Part shown: one piece after another, positions 38,673 through 49,345 of the stretch
Layout of the letters: every line of letters begins with the position of its first letter
Numbering within the stretch: the stretch's first letter is position 1
Assembly (NCBI RefSeq): GCF_018977255.1
Contig: NW_024704768.1
Span: forward strand, 5,022,001-5,086,000
Direction of reading: 5' to 3'
Length of the DNA stretch: 64,000 nt
From: Callorhinchus milii
Taxonomy: Eukaryota
Notes under the pieces: generated by a model
Databases searched by the model: none
What the model was told of the DNA's origin: nothing
Seen by the model: the letters and a program-made list of their open reading frames with translations, nothing else
Position numbers and translations under genes: made by a program

Positions 38673-41600
38673 TCACATGGGCTGGAAGTCGCTCCCCAGA
38701 CGCTCAATTTCATCCAAGAAGAAATCCAGGTCTTCCCGGGTAACCTGGGGGCTGATGAGGATTTGCCGAAAGAAATTGACATGTTTGCCGTGAGGCTGGT
38801 AGCCTACCATCATACTGCCCTTCACCACCATCCGCTGCTTCACCAGCGGGGCCACCTGTGGACAGACACACAGACAATAACAAAATTACATTTATAGAGA
38901 GCCTTTCACACATAGGTCAGTGACCAATTATATCTGGGGGATTGTCAGGAGCGAGAGAGAAACTCCCTTCTCTTTTTGAATAGTGTTGCAGGATCTTCAA
39001 TGTCCACCTGAACAGGGCACAGACTGGACCTCGATTTAACAGGTCCTCCAAAATGGGTAAACTCTGACACTGCAGCTCTCTCTCTCTCTCTCCCCCCAGC
39101 GCTGCACTGGAGCGAGAGCCTGGAGTGCGAGCTTAAAGTCCCCGATGTGGGGGGGGAACTTCAACCCACAGGCTTCCAACTCAAGAGGTGAGAGCGTGCG
39201 AGAGCCTTGGTTGTTTGAGCACCGAGCCCCCCTTCCCCCAGCTCCGCAGTATCCCCCCCACCCAGTGTGTGTCCGCCCCCTCTCTCCTGCCCCCCCCCAC
39301 CCTCCCATCCGCCCCTCACTGTGAAGCTCCTCACCCGGCCCAGCTGTTGCCAGAAGTCCGGCGTCTCCTCTCCTCCTCGCAGACACGGCGGAATATACCA
39401 GAAGCAAACATTGACAAATTGGGGCTATGACGAGAGAGAAAGTGGGGAACATTAGCTTCAACTCCGGGAACCCCCCACTCCCCCCCCCGGGACAGATTCT
39501 AGACTCCAGGTCTGGCTAATCCGGGTGCCGGGATTTGCAGGCACGGGGAGTGGGGTAGGGAATGTGAGTGGGGGGGACGCAGGAATGGGGGTGGTGGGTG
39601 GTGGTGGAGCGGGGAGATACCCCTGGAACAGACATACCTCCATCAGCAGACGGAATCCGTCCCGTTTGTGCATCTCAGCAACCAAGTACCTGCAGTGACA
39701 GAGACGCTGTTATTAATAATTATGTCTGTATGTCTGTGGTGGTGGGGGTGGGGGGGGGGGAGTTGGCTGTATGTGTGCGTGTGTCTGGGGGGAGGTGGGG
39801 GAGTCACTGACCTGGTGCAGGCAAATGCGCGGTTGACCCTGTCTCTCAGGCCACGGGTGCCGATGGCTTTCCACATCAGCCAGAGCTTCAGACAGTCCAC
39901 CCGGCGGCCACACTGCACTGACCTGTCCCCGGTGTCATAGCGCGGCTGGTAACAGCGGTCAGTCTGGAACAGGTAGCGGGCACCAGCGGCGTGGGCACTG
40001 CCCAGCAAGTCCTGTAACATAGGGAGGGGAAGGGGTCGGTTAGCGGGGGGGAGGGATCAGTCACTGGGGTGGGGGGGGGGGGGTAAGTGTGGCTCAAGGG
40101 AGGGTAGTAGTTACTCACGGTTTGGTCCTTCAGGAGGAAAGCTGAGCACTGGAGCCCGGCCATTAACATCTTGTGAGGGTTCCAGGTCACAGAGTCGGCC
40201 CTGATACAACGACGACAACTTGCATTTATTTACACAGCGTCTCTTACGCGGGGAGAGGGTCCCGGAGAACTAGACACTGGGGAGCATGACTCCGAGCCAG
40301 GAGAGAGGGATGGGAGGGGAGGTGACCGGGGGAAGGAGCACAATCACAAGGGAAGGTCGGGATAAGCGGGATATGAAGGTGGGGAGGGAGGGGGCACAGC
40401 GGAGAGATTGGGGGAGAGAGAAAGAGACAGTGTGACAGGAACACGAGGGGCGAAGGGGTAACGGCCACAGACTCACCTCTCAATACCAGCCAGAAGGTGA
40501 CGGTGTCTTTTTGACAAGAGAGCTCCTCCCCCCCACGCTGCCTGCAACACACGTCGGTGGTCAGAGAGAGATACACACACGCACCCCCTCACACACAACA
40601 CACACCAAACACACACTCAGTGAGAGACACACATGCACACACACAGGCGGTAAGAAAGTATCCCAAATGGGGGTTTACGTCCACATGGAGCCAGACCCCA
40701 TGTTGTTGGCAAACGTCCGCGATCTCAGCCAGAGGGTCGAAGGCTCCCAGGATGGTGGTTCCCGCCGTGGCGCTGACCATCAGGGGGACTGCGCCCTGTG
40801 GGTGGGGGGGGGGTCACATGAGCGTCATTGTTTCAAATATTATTTTATTTTCAGCCAGAAATGCTTTTTGCGACCGTCGGCCAGAATTGGAACGATTTGT
40901 AGATGCCATCAGCCTAATCAGAGTCAGCTCCGTGGTTTTAGCCACTACATCCCCAAACTCCGTCACTCACTCCCTCAATCCCTCCGCCTTGCCCCCTTCC
41001 TTCCCCATCTTCAGGTCACCCTCCTCTTCGTCCGGGCTTACAGTCACCGCCCCCACCCCCCCCAGCCCAGCGTGAGTGACGCCTGTGTAAATGCAAGTTG
41101 TTGTTGCTGTTGCTAAACGTGAGCGTAACAGCCATTATTGTTTGCCGTGCGGTTACCGTGCGATTAACTCCCTCCCAACCCAGCGTTTGGGAACGAGAGC
41201 GCAACAGATAAAGATAAACACGCGTGAAGCACTTCACGGACGAGAACTGATCCCGAATCACTCTGTGTGTGTGTTGTGTCCCCGGGAGGAACGTTCCTCA
41301 CCTCAGACTTTGCCGCTTGTATCTGCTCGTCCAGCTCCGCAGCCAGCATCCTCCCCCTGAGAGGCCGAGAACACGTTACCCACACGCTATGCACACGCTA
41401 CACACACGCGCGCCCCGCACACACCACTCCCCACCCCCACACACGTACGACACACAGACACACACACACAGTGAGACAGACAGACAGTGTGAGACACACA
41501 GAGAGACAGACAGGGCGACCCGTGTGGCGATTGGTTTCTGTGTCAGACACATCGACTGGGACGAACCTGCCATCGGTTTTCACTGTCCAGACATTGTCAG

Positions 41601-43301
41601 TGCCCAGGCCAAGGAAGGCAGCTCCTTTGGTCAGTGAGTAATGACCCTGCGAGGGCAATGGCAGAGAGTCAGTGTCCCCCCCAACACCCCCACTCCCAAT
41701 ATCAGCCCCCCCCACCCACACACACTGACAAGCCCCCCCAACCCCACCGTGTCTCCACTCTCCACATCACAGTTTACACACATTACAATCCACCTGCCCC
41801 AAGACCAGTCCCCACCCCTTCCCAAGACCAGCCTCTGCCCCTCCTCAAGACCAGGCACTGTCCCACTACCTTGTCGTCCCTCTCACCCCCCGTGCCCCCC
41901 TCCCCCCCACCTCGCAGGGCCTCACCTCCTCTGACGTGAAGATGACGAGCCTGGGCACCACCCACAGACCTCGCTGCTTGACGTGAGGGTAGAGGCGGTG
42001 CCTAGCCAGGTTAATGGCGAACATGTTGGACATGGAGCCACCTGTAAAGTGAGAGAGATAGCAACACGAGGTGGGTTTGTGCCGAGGGGCTGCCCAGCTC
42101 CACGCCCCCCCTCCCCAGCTTATCATCCAGGGGCAGGACTTACCTGGACAGAATATCCCATCACCTGTCATCCATCCAATCAGCTCGCGAAGCTTCTTCA
42201 ACACAACATCTTCCATCAACACGAAAACAGGTGAAATCTCATAGGTATACCTGAGCCAGAGAGAGTGTGGGAGAGAGCGGGGAGTTCCTGGTACCTACCT
42301 CGCAGAACTGGCTCCAAGGTGACATGTTTGGCAACAGAATCTCGGAATCTATCCTCAGCAGATGGATGGCAGGTACCAGGAACTCACACACACACACCCA
42401 CACACACAGGGACACACACACACAGGGACACACACAAAGAGGTGTGATTGGAGGAATGGCCTGTGGTGGGGGTTGGTGGGGGTTACTTACTGGCTGGTGT
42501 TCAGCGTTTCTGTGATGAAACGTCCGACCAACGCGTGATAATCAAGACCCGCAAAAAGCTGGTTGAAGAAGCGAGGATGAGCTGTGGGGAGAGGTCACAG
42601 GTCATGGAGAGAGGTCCGAGAGAGAGAGAGGTCAGAGGGTGAGAGTAAGTTCCCATCAAACACACCGCCAAAACCCAGCCCTCATACCGGGGGGGGGGGG
42701 GGGGAGGGATCAAGCATGCAGGGGCGGCATTACGCGGGTTCAGTACCTGTGTTGACGCTGTACCTGATGACCTGGCGACAATGCTGGAGGAGACGGACCT
42801 CAGATTCCCCCGTGTCCGGCAGCTCCAACTCCAGCAGCGACTCGAGCTCCTCGGGGGCCACCCACTGACATACCTGCTCACACACAGGAGTGTCACCCAG
42901 TCTCACACTCACAGCATCAACCAAACTCCACCCCCTCACAGCCCCGCCTATCTCTCCCCCTCCCACAGAGCCCCTCCCACAGAGCCCCTCCCACAGAGCC
43001 CCTCCCACAGAGCCCCTCCCACAGAGCCCCTCCCCCGTACCTTCTCGTTGACGTCAGTGCCCCTGCGGACTGCCTCCTTCATGATGATGTGAAAAGCCGC
43101 CTCCACAAAGTGCTCACCCTCAGCCGCGTCCTGGAGCCTCGCCATCAGCAACCCCTCCTCCTCGTCTACAGGCTCCTCCCCTGCCCGGCCAGGCTCCTCC
43201 CCCGCCCCGTCCGGCTCCTCCCCCACCCCGCCCGGCTCCTCCCCCGCCCCGCCCGGCTCCTCTCCTGCCCGGCCCGGCTCCTCCCCCGCCGGAGCTTCCA
43301 T
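38673..43301 (-). CDS. CSAD: Cysteine sulfinic acid decarboxylase (PLP-dependent group II decarboxylase), 14 coding exons, 541 aa
   Basis: Exons (minus) 43301-43041, 42873-42747, 42581-42491, 42250-42144, 42041-41926, 41646-41567, 41356-41302, 40795-40679, 40541-40477, 40200-40119, 40011-39812, 39689-39638, 39424-39335, 38855-38673; 1626 nt in total. [17 protein letters not shown] (CSAD-type F/S/Y residues rather than GAD NQLS/NTNMF), WLHVDAAWGG, PLP lysine in [22 protein letters not shown]. Synteny with SOAT2 favours CSAD over GADL1. Confidence 0.93.
43164..43289 (-). repeat. Coding 21-bp tandem repeat, 6 copies (AGEEPGR/G), at the CSAD N-terminus
   Basis: [42 protein letters not shown]. 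Confidence 0.88.
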
Positions 43302-44009
43302 CCTCACCGTGCCAACCGGCTCTTCGAAACAAAACAAGATTCGGGTGTTAACCCCACACTGCCACCTTCCCCCCCACCCACACCCACCCACCAGTCACGT
43401 TTAACCCCAGCTGTCCTTCCTCCACCTCCATCACATTGCCCACCTCTGACCGTGCCTCACACCCAACAGCCAAAACCTTCGTCCACACCTTTGTCACCTC
43501 CCACTTTGACTCAAGCCCTCCTTGACGGTCTCCCCACTTACGGGGAGTGGGGGCGGGGGGGACTGTAAGAGATAGTTCCAGAGCGGTCCAACCCTTTTGG
43601 CTGCCGAGGGCCAGTTGCCCTGTTTGAGAAAAGTCCCCTCCAGGAACACAACATTTACACAGCAGCTTTTTCACGGTCGAAGGATGTCTCAAAGCATTCA
43701 ACACAGTCGGTTGGACACCCGAACTGAGAAAACCCAGGAGAGAAATCCCAGGGAAAAGCTGGGGCTTATCCCCGGGACAGCCCTGCGGATATGCTCTCAG
43801 CTACGTTTGTCACTCTCTCTCTCTCCCTCCTTCACTCATTCACTCTCTCTCATTCACTCAGTCTTTCACACTCACTTATTCACTTTCACTTACTCTCTTT
43901 CACATTCACTCACTCTTTCACACTCACATTGTCTCACACACTCATCTCACACTCACGCAGTGAAATAGAAGATAATAAAAGACACTAGTGACAGTGAGGA
44001 GCTACTCAC

Positions 44010-44085
44010 GGCTGTTGCTGTGCGGCTCTGGCTGCTCAGTGTTGGTGTCACAGCCCCCACTCTCCCAACCTCAACTCAACACTTC
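44010..44085 (-). other. Probable non-coding first exon of CSAD
   Basis: Minus-strand donor GCC|GTGAGT at 44010/44009; the ATG exon has a matching acceptor at 43322. The 5' end is a guess. Confidence 0.45.
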
Positions 44086-44589
44086 ACCTGCACTTAATCT
44101 GCACTGATTGCCTCCCCCTCCCCCTGCCTGTCCCTGCCCACAGTGTGTGGGTGTGGGTGGGTGAGCTTCAGGATGTGAGTTCATACTGACCAAACGTATC
44201 GTGTGGGTTTGAGGAACAGATAAATAAATAGAATAAAAATCCTTACATTTGATCTAGAAAATTCCATCGCCCTGTCGCACAGTGGTTAGAGTACTTGCCT
44301 CGCAAGCAAGAGGACCTGGGTTCTATTCCTGACCCTGACATCAATACCGTTGTCTTATTTTCCTTCTCACAACACTAAGATCATCTATTTGCACATTCCT
44401 TTCCCACATGACTGCACCAGCCTCAGCAAGGCTGTGAGATAAGGGAAAGATAGGAGACAACATGCATTAATCAGGTAAACCGGCAACAGTAAAGGTTAAC
44501 AGTGGTTTTTGCAGGAGTAACGCAGCATAATGGGAGAAGTTCCACCCATCAACAGAACTCAGAAAGCTCACCCACGCAATCCTTGTCCA

Positions 44590-44950
44590 TGGAGCCATGT
44601 GGCGCAGTGGTTAGAGCACTTGCCTCGCAAGCGAGAGGACGTGGGTTTGATTCCCTGGCAGGGGGAACCCCAGGCAAGTTTCCTTACTCCACACACCTCT
44701 GTTTACCCAGCAGGAAAGTAGAAACCCGATTGTTAGTTGATTGGCGGATCGCTTTCCAGGGGTTAATAATTCCTCCCCTCCAGAAATAATAATTATAATA
44801 ATTGTGGTCACTTAATCCACGACTCTGTGGGGACGCTGCTGTGCGCAATTGGCTGCCACGCTTCGCCCACAAAATATACTGTCAATTCACTCTCCAGTAC
44901 ATCCTGCGAAGCTCTTTGAGACGTTTCAACGACGTGATAAGGCGTTGTAT
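44590..44950 (+). mobile_element. tRNA-derived SINE, full-length reference-like copy
   Basis: A-box TGGCGCAGTGG, anticodon-like arm TTGCCTCGCAAGCGA, B-box GGTTTGATTCC, core GGGACGCTGCTGTGCGCAATTGGCTGCC, tail GTGATAAGGCG. Many additional partial copies occur throughout the window. Confidence 0.9.
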
Positions 44951-45159
44951 TTGAGACCTCTCAAAGCGCTTCATAGGGATAGACTAATGTTTAGTGACTA
45001 TATTTTGTGGGCGAAACGTGGCCGCCAGTTATGTGTATTGGAAAGAATGTTTACGGGATAATAATATCAGTCACTTCGCTTGACAGCAAATCGCGTGAAG
45101 CGCTTTGTGACGCCCTCCCCACGTGGAGAGGCGTCAGTTCGTGTGTTGAATTAATATGA

Positions 45160-45360
45160 TTTGAAAAGCGCAAACGCGGCGGGCGGCGGGACCCCGCGGA
45201 CACCGGCTGGAGCACGGCCGCAGCTGATTGGGTACTGCGGTTGTCAATCGGACCGCCGATCCAATAGGAGAGGAGCTGGGCGTGAGCCCGCCCCGGGTAT
45301 TAAAGGGACATCGCATGGCCAGCGGCCACTTCGAGCGGAGCAGAAGATCGACTGGTGGGA
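45160..45360 (+). promoter_or_regulatory. Promoter and first exon of GTSF1 copy A
   Basis: CpG-rich; ATTGG 45227, CCAAT 45261, GC box 45287, TATTAAA 45298, donor GGA|GTGAGT at 45360/45361. Confidence 0.7.
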
Positions 45361-45766
45361 GTGAGTTTAGTGTCTCTCTCTCTCTCTCTTCCTCCCTCGT
45401 TCTTCATTCTTCTCTTCCCCCCCCCTCTCTCTCTCTCTTCCTTTCTCTCTCTTTCACTCTCCCTCTCGTCCCTCTCTCTGTTCTGTGTGTGTTACAGGAT
45501 ACAATAACAACAACAACAACACATGTGGGGAGGGGGACATTTCTGGTTAATTTCAGCCTCAAACAGTGGGGATGGAGCGCAGGACATCCTCTCCCCTCTC
45601 CCCCCTCCCCCTCAGTTGTCAGGGATGCATGGAATCTTCGGTTTGGTTTGGATTGGGTTTCCACACGTGTCAGACACCCGACTGACCCCCAAAAATTGCT
45701 CTTCAAAGAATCGACACTGTCTGTCTGTCTGTCTCCCCAGGAAGCGGGGTCCCCCCCCAGAGAGCC

Positions 45767-47773
45767 ATGACGTCCTGCCCACTGGTGCTTTGCCCCTATG
45801 ACCCGAGTCACAAGATCAGAAGCAGCCGCCTCCCCTACCACCTGGTGAAGTGCCGCAAAGTAAGTGTCACTCGCACCCAGTGCCCCCCACTCCCCAGCCC
45901 ACTCTCTGCTGTGCAGCCTCACTGGGGGTCCGGGGGATGGTGAGCGGTGCTTCGCTGGAACTGAACTGACTCCCACGGTGACGTGTTTGTCAATGTTGGA
46001 ATTCAGACAGCTCTCTGTGACCGTCTCCAGTCCAGTTCCTGAGCCGGGAGGGTCCGCAGTATTCCAGGGCACTCGCTGCTGATGACAGCACAGCCCGGCC
46101 TGGCTCATCGGAGGCCCTGGAAGGGCTGACCAATCACTGGGGAAAGGGAATCCGCCCCCTCAGCTCCTGTTCGCTCTGCAGCCAAAGTCCTAATGGGGAG
46201 AGTGGTCCTAGCTGGACAAGCAGCGGGAAACCTTTCTCTCAATGGCAAGGTGTGTGGGTTTAGCTGGTTAGACTCCGGCAGTTATCCCAACGCACACTTT
46301 GGGGATCCCCCCAAGCCTTGGTTCTTGATTTCCGGAATTGGAGTGCGTACCGGGGGAGAGAGAGCGCAATCCATTACAACAATCGTGATGGGGGAGGAGG
46401 GTATTTTTGGGCTAAAAAATACACAGTCAATATATCCGTGACGCGCTTGAAGACGTCTCAATGATTGGCTAAAGTGCTGGACAAAATGCAACTGATATTC
46501 TGGGGTCTCCAGTCTGTGATGTGGTGCAAGGTGTGTGCACTGGGGGGAGAGAGAAATTCTCTTTTCTAATAGTGCTATGGCATCTTTAACGTCCACCTGA
46601 ACAGGCGGACGGGACCTCGGATTAATGTCTCATCTGAAGGAACGGCATCTCCGACAATCAACACACCCCTAAACCTGCACTGGAGCGTCAGCTTAGACTG
46701 TGCTTCCAGATCCCAACGTGTGGTGCTTGAAGCCACAGCCTACAGATCAGCCATGATCTTATAGAATGGTGAAACTGGCTTGAGGGGCTGAATGGCCTCC
46801 TCCTGTGTCTGTGATTCAGAGGCAAAGGCGCTACCACTGAGCCAGTGACAGAGAGTAGATGAAGTAACAATAATAATAATGCTTGCATTTGATATAGTAC
46901 CTTATCAAAGCTTTAGCGGATACAGCGTAAAGGGTATTGGGATAATGAGCTTCTCTTTCCTGTTTAACAGAATCACCCGGAAATGGCAAAGATCCTGAGG
47001 GTTTGTCCCTACAACGCCCGACACCAGATCCCTCACACAGAGTTCCAGCAGCATGTGGCTCACTGTGCGGATGGCAAAAATCCTGGCAACGGAGAGAGTG
47101 CTGGTCAGTGTAACCGTGACCCCATCATTGCTGCCCTCGGAGAGAAAAAGGGGCGAGAGGACAGTTGGCGGAGTGAGAAGGGAGGGCAGAGCACGGGCGG
47201 ATAATGAGTGGAGAGAGAGCGCGGGTGGGGGGGGGGGGAAACGCGAGAGAGAAAAAGAGTGAATGTTCTACACCCCCACCCCTCTCTTCTGGAGCAAAAA
47301 AGACAATTGTGTTTAATCTGCTGGGGGGAAAATCCCCTCTCCCCCCTCACTCAGAATGTTTCTCTTGTAGAATGGAAGGTGAACCGCTGTCCAGTGGCCC
47401 CGGACATCGGGAAGGCTGAGGAGAGGCCACCGTGTGCTGAGGACTGGGACCTGGGTAGGCCCTCTCTCCCCTACACCCGACTTCACTTGCCCTGTCTCCC
47501 CCACCCGCACCCCGACTCTCTCTCCTGTCCTGTCCAGACTCTCGTCTCTCGCTTTTGACCCTGGCCTTGACCATCAATGTCTGGCTCCCCTGCCTTCTAC
47601 GGTCTCCTGCCCACTACACCTGAGCCCGGTGAATAATAACCACCGCTCCTCTGTCCCACCGTCGGTGGCCGAGCCCCCGGCCCCTGAAATGTTTCTCTTC
47701 GTTAACAGATGAGGAAGAGTCTACGCCTCCTTTCATCTTTGGAGACGGCAAGTCTAGTGCCGGGAAAATGTAG
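45767..47773 (+). CDS. GTSF1-like paralogue A (short, 124 aa); two CHHC zinc fingers
   Basis: Exons 45767-45859, 46971-47103, 47371-47454, 47709-47773. [65 protein letters not shown]../PPCAEDWDL/DEEESTPPFIFGDGKSSAGKM*. Donor at 47783, non-coding last exon from 48181, AATAAA at 48635. Confidence 0.88.
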
Positions 47774-48839
47774 CGCAAGACCGGTGAGTCTGGTGTGAAG
47801 CTGCAAACAACAGGAATCCTTCCCAGAGGGGTTTTTTTTTTAGTCGGCCCGGTGGCGTCTGTCAGGCGCGGATACCGTTGCTTACGAGTCTCCAAACCCA
47901 ACTGAGTGTGCGTTGGGGTAACTGCTGGAGTCTCACCAGCTTAAATGCCATTGATATCGCTGTCTGGCAAGACTGTCCCAGGGAGAGAAGAACAACAAAG
48001 AATGTCTTTTGACGCACAGTTGGGATATTTAATGGGAAGAATTACAGAGATCCTCGGTGAATGAGGGGTGTGGGGAGAAGGTGGTGGGTGGGGGGGGTGT
48101 GGGTGGCAAATTTGGAGCTGATAATTAGTGGATAACTACTGCCCAGAGCTGACTTGAACCAACTCTTTTCTGCCTTTCAGATCGCAGCCAGGACATTGAT
48201 GCAGGATTTATTTTACCAACAAACCAGGGATTTGGGATTTTAATCACGAACCAGGATTTTAACTTTTGCTCTGTATTCTTTAAATTTTTAAGCCTATCTC
48301 CCGTAGCTTCCCCCCACCCTCCTTACCCTCCTCACAGCCTCAGCCCGTGTGGGGCCAGACATAAAGTTCATACAGGATTCCCAGCCCTTCCTCCAGGTTG
48401 CCAACCTTACCTTTTCCCCTGATGTTACCAAGTAATAATAATAATAATAATAATAAGTCCTTGCATTTGATTCAGCCCCTTGTCGCGTCGCTGAGACACA
48501 TCTTAAAGCGCTTCACAGGACCCATTGCAAAATACATTGACGCTGTACTTTGTGGGCGAGAAACTTAGTCGCCCGATTGTCACCGTTTCTGTGGTACCAT
48601 CACTTCTTTTTTAATCTGCGTTCCAAATTTGGGGAATAAACTTTTATTCTGCTTTCGTCACTCGGAGGATTTCATTGTGGGGGGTGGGGGGGGGGGGAGG
48701 GGGGTAAAGCGACACGTACCTTTCACGTCGGGAGGACGTCCCGAGGCGCTGGGGGTCGGATTTCAGAGGAGTGGACGATGGCTGTAGGGGCAGAGGAGCT
48801 GAAGACCCGACCTCTGACGGTGAGGGGCAGTGCCCACTG

Positions 48840-49180
48840 AGTGTGTGTGTGTGTGTTGGGGAGTGGGGGGGTCACAGAGAAGGAGGAGTGGGGGTGGGGG
48901 AGTGTGTGTGGGGGGAGTGGGGGGAGTGTGTGGGGGTGTGGGGTGGGGGGGAGTGGGGGGGGAGTGTGTGTGTGGGGGGGAGTGGGGGAGTGTGTGTGTT
49001 GGGGGGAGTGGAGGGGGGAGTGTGTGGGGGAGTGGAGGGGGGAGTGTGTGGGGTGGAGGGGGGAGTGTGTGGGGGGGAGTGTGTGGGGGAGTGGAGGGGG
49101 GAGTGTGTGTGGGGGGAGGGGGTGGAGGGGGGAGTGTGTGTGGGGGGGGAGAGTGGAGGGGGGGGTGTGGGGTGGAGGGG
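48840..49180 (+). repeat. G-rich low-complexity repeat (GGGGGAGTGTGT)n
   Basis: Almost entirely G/T/A with long G runs. Confidence 0.9.
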
Positions 49181-49199
49181 CTTTGAGGGCGAGGACTAT

Positions 49200-49330
49200 C
49201 CACGTGTCGGGGGAGGGTGGGGCACATCACCCACGTGGTGTGGGGGGGCGGAGCCGGAAGAAGTCACGTGTTGGGGGCGGGTGGAGGTGTCACGTCACGT
49301 GGGGAGGGGTCACGTGTCGGGGGCGGTGCC
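49200..49330 (+). promoter_or_regulatory. E-box cluster promoter of GTSF1 copy B
   Basis: CACGTG at 49201, 49232, 49265, 49296 and 49311; GC boxes; CCGGAAG at 49254; directly upstream of the ATG at 49346. Confidence 0.7.
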
Positions 49331-49345
49331 TACGAGGGGCTGAGG

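Noticed and set aside
38673-43301. Alternative identification as GADL1 or GAD1/GAD2
   Set aside because: The C-terminus ([13 protein letters not shown]) is GADL1-like, but NQLF/NTSQY residues and linkage to SOAT2 fit CSAD. A phylogeny would settle it.
44595-44670. tRNA-Ala(CGC)-like cloverleaf
   Set aside because: It is the head of a SINE, continuing into the Deu-type core and tail, with no proper acceptor stem or terminator. The same applies to the other copies.
47774-48181. Introns downstream of the stop codons in both GTSF1 copies as NMD triggers
   Set aside because: The junctions are only 10 nt (copy A) and 27 nt (copy B) after the stop, within the 50-55 nt window that escapes NMD.
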